Part shown: positions 39,412 through 48,075 of the stretch, one piece after another | How positions within the stretch are numbered: the stretch's first letter is position 1 | How the letters are laid out: each line of letters opens with the position of its first letter | IMG/VR virus record: IMGVR_UViG_3300032291_002681 | Coordinates: 1 to 64,000 of that record | Length of the DNA: 64,000 nucleotides | Strand: one strand, 5' to 3' | Source: a virus | Translations under genes and position numbers: made by a program | Notes under the pieces: model-generated | The model's input: the letters and a program-made list of their open reading frames with translations, nothing else | What the model was told of the DNA's origin: nothing | The model's database searches: none

Positions 39412-39447
39412 AATCCCGAACTATTATTTGGTAGTTTGGGATTTTTA
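39412..39447 (+). terminator. Terminator after the tmRNA
   Basis: AATCCCGAACTA...TAGTTTGGGATT followed by TTT. Confidence 0.8.
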
Positions 39448-39458
39448 TATTTATGTGT

Positions 39459-39857
39459 ATGATATCGTTAAAAGAATTATTGAAAGAAAGTACAATCAGA
39501 TACACTCATCCAAACTTTGATAGTGAATGGGAAGAAGCACAGCGTTATCCAGAATTTGTTGAAATGGGTAGATTGGAATGGATTAAAAGAGGTAAAGCTG
39601 GATACGTTGTAAACTATTCTCAGATAAAAGATATTTTGGGAAATGTAGATTTAGATTTTAATGGATTACATCCAATCAAAAAGAAGTTTGTCTTACAATA
39701 TATAAAAGATGGGTTAGTTGAGCATCCAATAGTTGTAAAGTTTAGTGATACCGATTATGATTTAGTTGCCGGAAACACTCGTTTATCCGGTTTAGTTAAA
39801 TTCGGACATGACCCAAAATTGTGGGTTGTTGATATATCCGATATATTTGCAAAATAA
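39459..39857 (+). CDS. ParB/Srx-like domain protein
   Basis: HPIVVKF...YDLVAGNTRLSGL motif; start MISLKELLKE preferred (alternative ATG at 39453). Confidence 0.55.
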   Translation: MISLKELLKESTIRYTHPNFDSEWEEAQRYPEFVEMGRLEWIKRGKAGYVVNYSQIKDILGNVDLDFNGLHPIKKKFVLQYIKDGLVEHPIVVKFSDTDYDLVAGNTRLSGLVKFGHDPKLWVVDISDIFAK

Positions 39858-39889
39858 TTTGGTAAATTGGTAAAAAAGTTGTATATTTG
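39858..39889 (+). promoter_or_regulatory. Bacteroidota-type promoter
   Basis: TTTG at 39858, N20, TATATTTG at 39882. Confidence 0.8.
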
Positions 39890-39905
39890 TACAAATTGAT
39901 TTCGT

Positions 39906-40169
39906 ATGTCAAAAGCACAATCAGTAAATGATAAACCCAGAAAATTCCAACACATCTACAAAGATGATGATGGGGTAGAATCTATTTGGAAATACGATTT
40001 AGATAAGTTTCCTAATGGACCAATTTCGGTAGAGAATAAATTTCCACCTCACTATGAGAAGAAATTAAAAGCTCAACAAAAAGAAGCTAAACTGGTAAAG
40101 AATCAATCAATATTAGAAAAAGCAAAAGCTGCAAATAAGAATGATAAAGATAGTAGAAAATATTGGTGA
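39906..40169 (+). CDS. Hypothetical protein
   Basis: 87 aa ORF directly after the promoter; overlaps the polymerase start. Confidence 0.55.
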   Translation: MSKAQSVNDKPRKFQHIYKDDDGVESIWKYDLDKFPNGPISVENKFPPHYEKKLKAQQKEAKLVKNQSILEKAKAANKNDKDSRKYW

Positions 40170-41427
40170 GATTAACGAATTGATGGAAAAATTGGAAACT
40201 GAATCATCGATTTGGTATCCATTGTGGGTGGATAATGATAAACATCCACAAAACACTCATATATCCTTCCTGTTCGTTCAAACTTCAACTGATAGGTACA
40301 TTCTACCACATCAACATACGGACTCTCTATCACTCTCTAAACCGGTTATAGAGGGTATCTTAAATACAACAGGTGAAAAGTGGGTATTCCAAAAGAAAAA
40401 GCTACTACAATCGTTTCAAAATCTAAGGGAAGGGTTGAATGATGTTGATACTACTCACTTTCTAAAAACAGGTGAAACGATAGACTACTCCCAACAACTA
40501 CAACAATTAGTAGCTCCTTATTTACACAAAGGTTACAAAGAAAACATCATTCAATCCATTCCTATTCTTAAACTTGCGGAAGCGATAGAACCACTATTGC
40601 TAAAATGTACAAATCAAAAGAGTAAAACTTATAATTGGTACAATGATATCTTCTTACCAACCCTTTCAGATATTGAACGATATGGGGTTCGGGTCGATAG
40701 GGAAAAATTTATTGATAGATGGCCTCAAGCTCAAAAGCAAGTATCCTCCGATAACTTAGTGTACACCGAATACAATCCATTTACGGTGACCGGTAGACCA
40801 TCCAATAGACATGGTGGTGTAAACTATGCAGCCCTAAACAAAACCGATGGTAGTAGAGAGTGTTTCGTTTCCGATGGGATATTCCTACAAATGGATTATA
40901 ATGCGTATCACCCACGATTAATTGCTAAGTTGATTGGATTTGATGTACCGGATGGGAATATGCACCAATGGTTAGCTGACCAATATGGTTGTAGTGTGGA
41001 TGAATCGAAGGGGATAACATTCCAATTATTGTATGGTGGTATCGATGATGAGTTCCGCCAAATCCCATACTTTGATAAGGTGGCTGATTATATTGATGAG
41101 TTGTGGGTTGAAACGCAAAAGAAGGGATACTTGCAAACACCACATAGAGAGATTCCTTTGAGCTGGATAGAACAACCGAATGCACAAAAGGTATTTAACT
41201 ACTTACTACAAGCGGTGGAAACTGAAATGAATGTGGATGTGATGAGAAAGATATTAGATTATGTGAGAGGGAGTGGAATCCGATTTTGTTTATACACATA
41301 CGATTCGTTTCTTTTTGATGTACCGACTGGAATAGATAAGAATATTATTAGAGGATTGAAGGAAATAATTGAGGGAAGTGGGTTTCCTGTGAAAGCCAGT
41401 TGGGGATTAGATTACGGAAAATTATAA
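40141..41427 (+). CDS. polA: Compact family A DNA polymerase
   Basis: TVTGRPS; motif A MDYNAYHPRL; motif B KGITFQLLYG; NYLLQA; motif C YTYDSFLFD. Confidence 0.8.
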   Translation: MIKIVENIGEINELMEKLETESSIWYPLWVDNDKHPQNTHISFLFVQTSTDRYILPHQHTDSLSLSKPVIEGILNTTGEKWVFQKKKLLQSFQNLREGLNDVDTTHFLKTGETIDYSQQLQQLVAPYLHKGYKENIIQSIPILKLAEAIEPLLLKCTNQKSKTYNWYNDIFLPTLSDIERYGVRVDREKFIDRWPQAQKQVSSDNLVYTEYNPFTVTGRPSNRHGGVNYAALNKTDGSRECFVSDGIFLQMDYNAYHPRLIAKLIGFDVPDGNMHQWLADQYGCSVDESKGITFQLLYGGIDDEFRQIPYFDKVADYIDELWVETQKKGYLQTPHREIPLSWIEQPNAQKVFNYLLQAVETEMNVDVMRKILDYVRGSGIRFCLYTYDSFLFDVPTGIDKNIIRGLKEIIEGSGFPVKASWGLDYGKL

Positions 41428-41466
41428 CAATCATATTTATACTATATACAAAAATAGTGTCATAAT

Positions 41467-42069
41467 ATGAAAAAAATCAGTACCCTTATAGGTTTCCTAC
41501 TTGTTTCGTTAATTTCGTTTGGACAAGATGTTAGAATTAAAAACGAAGTATTTGAAGTTCTTTATTCTCAATCATTGGAACAACCCCTAATAATTAAATA
41601 TCGTTCAACTAATAGACCTACAAATGTGAACAGGGGTACAATGGATTTCTATAAAGAACCAACGATTAAAACATCGGATGCGGCTGATTACAAATCAAAC
41701 ATATATGATAAAGGACATGGAGCTCCAGCAGCATCATTTTCTGATAATATGGTAAACCTAAAACAAACATTCTCATATTTAAATTGTATAATGCAAGACC
41801 AATACCTTAATAGAGGTGAGTGGAGATTGTTAGAAGAACAAATTCGTAAATGGGATGATACTGAAAATATAACTGTACTAATAAAAACATTCTTTGATAC
41901 ACCTGTAAAACGAGTACCAACTGGAGCGGCAATTCCATCTTACTTACAAAAGCATGTTTATTTTGAAAAAAGTAACAAATGGAAATGTTTTGTATTTCTA
42001 AATCAAAAACCAAAATTTCATTGGGATGAGTTAGAAATGATATGCGAAGACGAAGACCACAAATTTTAA
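41467..42069 (+). CDS. DNA/RNA non-specific endonuclease (His-Me finger) with a signal peptide
   Basis: YDKGHGAPAA...TFSYLNCIMQDQYLNRGEWRLLE; N-terminus MKKISTLIGFLLVSLISFG-QD. Confidence 0.85.
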   Translation: MKKISTLIGFLLVSLISFGQDVRIKNEVFEVLYSQSLEQPLIIKYRSTNRPTNVNRGTMDFYKEPTIKTSDAADYKSNIYDKGHGAPAASFSDNMVNLKQTFSYLNCIMQDQYLNRGEWRLLEEQIRKWDDTENITVLIKTFFDTPVKRVPTGAAIPSYLQKHVYFEKSNKWKCFVFLNQKPKFHWDELEMICEDEDHKF

Positions 42070-45000
42070 TGAATATGAATTTATCTGAATTAATAAACGA
42101 AATACTTTCTGAATGGGCATATCGAGTTGAAAACGGGATGCCAAACCCAAAGAACCCAATCCACTTAAATGAATTGGGTATTATACTTTCAGAAATGGGG
42201 CTATCACATATCAAAAATGATTTGGTAGAAAACCTATTGATGGAAAAAGGAAAAACACCTCAAAAAAATGTTGCAGAAGCTGAAGGTAATTTTAAAAACC
42301 CAGTTCTTAACAAATCTATTAAATATAAAAACGATAAAGGTGAAGATGCAGAAGGTATCGTTGGTAATCTATTAAGATTGGCAAAAGAACATCCTGGTAG
42401 AGTAGCGGCAGAAAAAACATTACCACCAGAAGGTTCTCCAGAAAGAGATTCATTAAACAAAGATTTGGGTGCTCAAAATAAACCTGCTGGTGCTGACCAA
42501 CCAAAAGCCGATGCCGGTGGTGAAGAAGCTCCAAAAGAAGACCCAGCAAAAGCTGCAGCTGCAATGTTTGACCCAAAAGCAGACCCTGCGATGGCAGCTA
42601 GAATGGATAAAGAAAAAGAAGTTCAAGCTCAAATAGCAAAAGATACTCAAGCACAAAACGTACCTCCTCCAACTCCAAAAAATCAAACAACAAATAAACA
42701 ATTAGCAAAAGCAGCTGGATTTGATAATGTTGGTAGTTGGTATAATGACCTTAATAAGAAAGCAATGTCTGACGATCCTGAAGTAGCATCACAGGCGGAA
42801 AAAGATTTAGATACATACGAAAAAAATAAAGTAAAAGATGCTCAATCTGCAGGTGATTTCAATCCAATAGATAGTAAAGATGTAGCAAAGGAAATGCCAC
42901 AAGCTGATCCAGATACATTTAGTGGAGGTTCTGATATTCCTGATGGAGTAGAGCCTGAACAATTGGAAAAATTCAATACCGATATTAGTAAAGTAGCACA
43001 ACAAGTAGCTGATGCAAAAGCTAAGGGAGAACCTGCTCCAAACATCAACTTATGTGATGTGACTGTTCCAGGTACTAACTTATATTGTGATGATAACTTG
43101 GGTATTCCGAGAGACCAGATGCCACAATTCAAAGGTACTGCTCAACCTGGTAGTAGAGCAGCTTCTATGGATGTGGATGCAAGTGGTGAGGTAGATACTG
43201 AACCTGTATTCAAAGAAATGTTAAAAGAGAAAGGTATTAAGACCCTTCAAACGGAAATACCTGCTGATAAATTAAAAGCAACTCAACAAGATTTAGTTGG
43301 TGCAAAAGTAGTTGGTATGATGGGTGTTTTAAAAGACCCAAATCACCCAGCTTTTGAAAAAATTACTGCACCAATATATGTGAGTAGAGATGGACACGTA
43401 ATTGATGGACATCATAGATGGGCAGCAGTTGTAGCTCATAATGCAGCAAATCCAGACAATCAAATACCAATGAAAACAACGGTATTGGATATGGATATTA
43501 AAGATGCAATACCAATGGCAAATAAATTTGCAGAAGATATGGGTATTGCGGCTAAGAAAGCCGATGCAAATAAAGAAACTCCATCAGAACCACAAAAAGT
43601 AACATCCGCACCAAAGGTTACTGAAAAAATAAAGAAAAAAATAGAAAAATGGACTGAAAAAGAAAAAGCATTCTTTGAAAGAAATGAAGGAGCTCCTGGT
43701 TCAGAAATGCGTAGAAGTTTAGGACAGGCATTAAAAGATAAAGCTAAAGGGGCTTGGAAAGCAATTAAGAAAGGATTTAAACATGAGGTTGAAGAATTTA
43801 AAGCAGCCGGGCAAGGTGTTCAAAACTTTTTTAGTGGTAAACCTTTGAGTGAGCATGAACAAAAAGCAGTTAAAGCCGTTGCATTTAAAGTAGTAACTAC
43901 TGCCGTATTTGGAGCTGCATTTGGTGGTTTATCACATGGAGCTGCATATTTTGCTAAACACGTGGCAATGGAATTTATACCCCATGTTATTGGTGAAACA
44001 ATCTTAAAGGGAGTTGGTAAAGCTGCAGTATTTGCTGATGCTGATGGTGAAGCTGAAGATGATGCAAATATGATTAAGTTTACCGAATTAATTGCAAAAG
44101 GACTTGAAGAAATGGAAATTACTCCTGAAATGATGGAGCAGATGGTTGATTCGTATAATGAAAAGAAAGAAAACGGTGAAATCGAAGATGAGCCATCTGG
44201 TGTAAAAGCTGAACATTTACATTTAGTAGATGAGTTGATGTTAGAAATGATTTACGGATTTATTGATGAAGTAAAAGGTAAGACATTTACAGCGATAAAG
44301 AAAGATACTGGTGAGACATCGGTATTTAAATCACAAAAAACAAGAGATGCAGCAGTAAAAGCGGGAACACATAAAGATGTGGATGCGAAAGATGATTCAG
44401 CTGAACCGGTTCCTGGTGCAGGATTATTTGATGACCCAGAATATCAAACACAAAGAGGTGGTAATGCTAAAAAAGATACTAAAACCTCAAAAACCGAATT
44501 ACCACAACTTTTACCACAATCGCAAATTGAAAATACTTTAATGAAAGATAATTTGAGTTCATTACTTGAAACAAATAAAATTCTTAGTAAGTTAAGGGAT
44601 ATGGGTATTGCCGGTGCAGGTGGCGCGGTTGCATCCTATGGTGAGAATTTATGTGTAAATACAACAAATTCACTTCAAAAAATGGGTGGAGTTGATGGAT
44701 TTGTACAAAAAAATAAAACTGCGGTAAAGGCGAAAGAAAAAATGATTCTTTCTAATATGAGTACATTTAAAAGACAAATAAATAGTGTTGCGGGGCAATT
44801 AGGATTTGTATTACCAGAAGATGAAGCCGAAGTTATTAAATATATAGCTGCCAGAATGGTGTTTACTGACCAAGAAAAAGAAAGATTGCAGGCTGATAAA
44901 ACATCATTGTATTACAAAAAAGGAAAAGAAGGATTTGCTGAAAACGAGAAAGCAGTGGAAGATTGGTGTAAAGCAGCATGGGATGGTGCGATGAGTACAC

Positions 45001-46271
45001 TTAGTGATTTGAAATATGATTCATTAATTGATATGAGTAAACCATTTATTGTAATGCAATCAAACCCAAAAGAAGGTGGGCATGATGCACCTGTATTAAG
45101 CGTACTACAAAAGAAATTAGAAGAAGCAAAATCAAATGGTGATAAGAAAGCGGTAAAACATTATGAGGAAGAAATTTATGCGTTTACTAAATTGGGATTC
45201 CACGATACTTACGCAGTTGGTTATACTAAAGATGGTTTACTAACCGTAAAGCATATTACTAATAAAAAACAAGATGATTTACAAGATATTTGGGGTAATA
45301 CAACACCTGAATACGCATTAAATTTAATTAAAAAATCGTTTGGTCCAAAAGTATCAAAAGCGGTTGTTGATGTTATTGAAGATGGTATAGTAAAGGTAAA
45401 AGATAGTAAAGCCGCAACTACTAGATTATTTTCTAAAATGAATATTGATGATGAGTTTGTAGCAATTTGTGATACTAAACAAATGAAACCTTACATAGAT
45501 GAGTTAAAAGAGCACGGAAAATTCAATCAATGGTTAAACGAAAAGGGAATTTCTCCTAAGAATACAAAAGAGTGGTTAAAATACGCACAAGAATATGTTA
45601 AACAAACACCAAATGCATCTTATGGTACATTTGGTAAATTAGTAAATAAAGTTGGAGAATTTTCTCAATTGGGTCCTTTTGTGAGAGCGAACCCAAAAAT
45701 AAATTTTAATAGTGATTCTGTAAAAACTGCTGTAAAAAATAAAAATGATGAAAAAGAATTAGTTGCAGCAGTTCATAAAGATGTAGCCGATTCAATAGCA
45801 AAGGCAGATAAAAAATTAGGATTTCCTGATAAAAATGGAAAAAACGGTCCACATACTCAGGCATACCTAACAGTAGTAATGCATTCAATGCACTTTGATT
45901 TAATGGTTGAAAACTTTGATAAAAGATTATCGGCATTGACGGGCATTAGAGCCTCAAGTCCTGCCGATTTTAGAGAATGTTTAGAGGTACTGAGTGGATA
46001 TAAGAGAAATCCAAAACACAGTGAGGAAGAACACCGAAAATCTTTAAATAAACATCTTTTAGAAAAATGTAAAATCAATCCACAAACAAGAGCAATTGAA
46101 ATTACTGATAAAACTGGAACAAAAGTATTGGCTGAAGATACGTGGAGAACCGCAGGAACATCTCAAAAAGTTGAAAAGAAATTAGGGGGTTCTCTAAGAG
46201 AATGTATTTCGGCAAAAGTTGATGTAAGACAAAAGCAAAGAAGACAGGCAGAAAAGCGTAAACGAAAATAA
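42069..46271 (+). CDS. Large multidomain protein (~1400 aa) with a ParB-like domain; possible head-internal protein
   Basis: Start taken at the TAATG overlap (MNMNLSELINEILSEWAYRV) rather than 42042; LKATQ...PIYVSRDGHVIDGHHRWAA motif. Confidence 0.6.
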   Translation: MNMNLSELINEILSEWAYRVENGMPNPKNPIHLNELGIILSEMGLSHIKNDLVENLLMEKGKTPQKNVAEAEGNFKNPVLNKSIKYKNDKGEDAEGIVGNLLRLAKEHPGRVAAEKTLPPEGSPERDSLNKDLGAQNKPAGADQPKADAGGEEAPKEDPAKAAAAMFDPKADPAMAARMDKEKEVQAQIAKDTQAQNVPPPTPKNQTTNKQLAKAAGFDNVGSWYNDLNKKAMSDDPEVASQAEKDLDTYEKNKVKDAQSAGDFNPIDSKDVAKEMPQADPDTFSGGSDIPDGVEPEQLEKFNTDISKVAQQVADAKAKGEPAPNINLCDVTVPGTNLYCDDNLGIPRDQMPQFKGTAQPGSRAASMDVDASGEVDTEPVFKEMLKEKGIKTLQTEIPADKLKATQQDLVGAKVVGMMGVLKDPNHPAFEKITAPIYVSRDGHVIDGHHRWAAVVAHNAANPDNQIPMKTTVLDMDIKDAIPMANKFAEDMGIAAKKADANKETPSEPQKVTSAPKVTEKIKKKIEKWTEKEKAFFERNEGAPGSEMRRSLGQALKDKAKGAWKAIKKGFKHEVEEFKAAGQGVQNFFSGKPLSEHEQKAVKAVAFKVVTTAVFGAAFGGLSHGAAYFAKHVAMEFIPHVIGETILKGVGKAAVFADADGEAEDDANMIKFTELIAKGLEEMEITPEMMEQMVDSYNEKKENGEIEDEPSGVKAEHLHLVDELMLEMIYGFIDEVKGKTFTAIKKDTGETSVFKSQKTRDAAVKAGTHKDVDAKDDSAEPVPGAGLFDDPEYQTQRGGNAKKDTKTSKTELPQLLPQSQIENTLMKDNLSSLLETNKILSKLRDMGIAGAGGAVASYGENLCVNTTNSLQKMGGVDGFVQKNKTAVKAKEKMILSNMSTFKRQINSVAGQLGFVLPEDEAEVIKYIAARMVFTDQEKERLQADKTSLYYKKGKEGFAENEKAVEDWCKAAWDGAMSTLSDLKYDSLIDMSKPFIVMQSNPKEGGHDAPVLSVLQKKLEEAKSNGDKKAVKHYEEEIYAFTKLGFHDTYAVGYTKDGLLTVKHITNKKQDDLQDIWGNTTPEYALNLIKKSFGPKVSKAVVDVIEDGIVKVKDSKAATTRLFSKMNIDDEFVAICDTKQMKPYIDELKEHGKFNQWLNEKGISPKNTKEWLKYAQEYVKQTPNASYGTFGKLVNKVGEFSQLGPFVRANPKINFNSDSVKTAVKNKNDEKELVAAVHKDVADSIAKADKKLGFPDKNGKNGPHTQAYLTVVMHSMHFDLMVENFDKRLSALTGIRASSPADFRECLEVLSGYKRNPKHSEEEHRKSLNKHLLEKCKINPQTRAIEITDKTGTKVLAEDTWRTAGTSQKVEKKLGGSLRECISAKVDVRQKQRRQAEKRKRK

Positions 46272-46273
46272 CC

Positions 46274-46338
46274 TGTTTTTATCCTTCCTTTTGGTTTTTA
46301 ATATTTATAGTTAATTAAAAGAAAAGAGGATGAAGACA
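46274..46338 (+). promoter_or_regulatory. Start-codon-sequestering hairpin with the late-promoter motif in its loop
   Basis: 46274-46285 pairs with 46327-46338 (covering ATG 46330); 46288-92 with 46322-26; 46295-302 with 46314-21. TATTTATA is at 46302-46309. Confidence 0.6.
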
Positions 46339-46761
46339 CAGTTACTTTGTACATTTACAACAAAAGGAGAGTTACAAAATACTCTACAACAAATTAGAGA
46401 AACGTATCATATAGTGTATAATTACATTTATATTTTACAAAACAAATCTAATTTGGATGAGTTGTTTATTACATATAATATAGATACAGCTTTCCAACCG
46501 GATACTCCATTGGAAAATACAATATTGATACATAGAAAGAAGGAATCTAATTCACTATATACTATTAATGCTCTTAACGAATTGGTTAAAGAGGAAAATA
46601 GTGGGGTATTAGATTCTTCGTTTGTCATTAATTGGCAGAAATTTAAGAATTCAATCATACTAACAAATGCGGAAGGAACTAAGAAAATTCAGACACGAGT
46701 TTTTGAAGTGATGTCATTTGGTGAGGATGTAACAAATAACAATAAAAATAGTGAGGGATAA
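46330..46761 (+). CDS. Hypothetical protein
   Basis: 143 aa ORF (MKTQLLCTF...HRKKESNSLYTINALN); function not recognised. Confidence 0.65.
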   Translation: MKTQLLCTFTTKGELQNTLQQIRETYHIVYNYIYILQNKSNLDELFITYNIDTAFQPDTPLENTILIHRKKESNSLYTINALNELVKEENSGVLDSSFVINWQKFKNSIILTNAEGTKKIQTRVFEVMSFGEDVTNNNKNSEG

Positions 46762-46767
46762 TTAAAA

Positions 46768-47169
46768 ATGTTTATACCAAATCATTTACATTTACTTGTA
46801 AAAGGATACATAAAAACCCCACCACAAACCGAAAACGTATTAAACGAATGGTTTAGACAATTAGTTACTAAGGTAGGAATGAAAGTGGTAGCAGGACCTA
46901 CATCAGTTTATGTGAATGAACCTGGCAACGAAGGAATAACTGGAACTGTGACCCTAGCAACATCGCATGCTAGTATTCACGTTTGGGATAACGAAAATCC
47001 AGCTATGTTTCAATTTGATTTATATAGTTGTTCGGATTTTACACCAACGCAAGTATTAGACCATATTGATGAATGGTTTGAATTAAATGAAGCCTATTGG
47101 CAGTTTATAGATAGAAACGGAAGTACCTTTGAATTAGTAAATTCTGGGCATTTCACAAAAAACAAATAA
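46768..47169 (+). CDS. speD: Pyruvoyl-dependent S-adenosylmethionine decarboxylase proenzyme (SpeD-like)
   Basis: HLHLLV...GITGTVTLATSHASIHVW...FDLYSCSDF. Confidence 0.8.
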   Translation: MFIPNHLHLLVKGYIKTPPQTENVLNEWFRQLVTKVGMKVVAGPTSVYVNEPGNEGITGTVTLATSHASIHVWDNENPAMFQFDLYSCSDFTPTQVLDHIDEWFELNEAYWQFIDRNGSTFELVNSGHFTKNK

Positions 47170-47185
47170 TTTAAATACTAACATT

Positions 47186-48022
47186 ATGATACTTAAAAAA
47201 GGAGACAACAACGAAAATGTTAAGTTGATGCAACAAAAGCTGGGAATCGAACCAGCAGTAACTAATTTTGGACCTAAAACTGAAGCAGCTGTAAAAGAAT
47301 GGCAAGCAAAGAATGGTTTAGTTGCGGATGGTATAGTAGGACCGGCAACTTGGGCAAAAATTATGGGAGAATCAACGCCAGTACCAGCAGCACCAGTTCA
47401 ACCTGTAGCAAATGTGGGTGGATTAAAATTAGATAAACTTAAAGGACATATTCCTGATGCAGTTATCCAAATGATTCCTGATACGGCAGCTAAATTTCAA
47501 ATTAATACTCCATTAAGATTAGCACACTTCTTAGCACAATGTGGACATGAGAGTGGTGGATTTAGAGTAACACAAGAAAACCTAAACTATTCAGCTAAAG
47601 GATTGGCTGGTATCTTTAAGAAATACTTTCCAACCGAAGCAGCAGCAACTCCTTATGCTAGACAACCACAAAAGATTGCAAACAAAGTATATGCAAATCG
47701 TATGGCTAATGGTTCGGAAGCAAGTGGTGATGGCTACAAATTCAGAGGTAGAGGATATATTCAATTAACAGGTAGAGATAACTACACTCAATTTGGTAAA
47801 GCAATTGGTGAGGATATTGCATCAAATCCTGATAAGGTATCATCTCAATACGCATTATTATCAGCAGCATGGTTCTGGTCTAAGAATGGATTAAACAAAT
47901 TGGCAGATGGTGGAGCAGGTGATACTGTGGTAACATCTATTACTAAAAGAGTAAATGGTGGTACAATTGGATTAGCTGACAGAATAAAGCATTTCAAAGA
48001 ATACTATCATTTATTAGCGTAA
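47186..48022 (+). CDS. Endolysin: peptidoglycan-binding domain plus GH19 catalytic domain
   Basis: FGPKTEAAVKEWQAKNGLVADGIVGPATW; AHFLAQCGHESGGF...ENLNYS...FRGRGYIQLTGRDNY...SAAWFW...ITKRVNGG. Confidence 0.92.
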   Translation: MILKKGDNNENVKLMQQKLGIEPAVTNFGPKTEAAVKEWQAKNGLVADGIVGPATWAKIMGESTPVPAAPVQPVANVGGLKLDKLKGHIPDAVIQMIPDTAAKFQINTPLRLAHFLAQCGHESGGFRVTQENLNYSAKGLAGIFKKYFPTEAAATPYARQPQKIANKVYANRMANGSEASGDGYKFRGRGYIQLTGRDNYTQFGKAIGEDIASNPDKVSSQYALLSAAWFWSKNGLNKLADGGAGDTVVTSITKRVNGGTIGLADRIKHFKEYYHLLA

Positions 48023-48075
48023 AACTTGGTAAATTAAAAAAGATTTCGTATATTTATAGAATATAATAACATAAA

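Noticed and set aside
47170-48075. Holin or spanin next to the endolysin
   Set aside because: No small membrane or lipoprotein ORF flanks the endolysin within this window.
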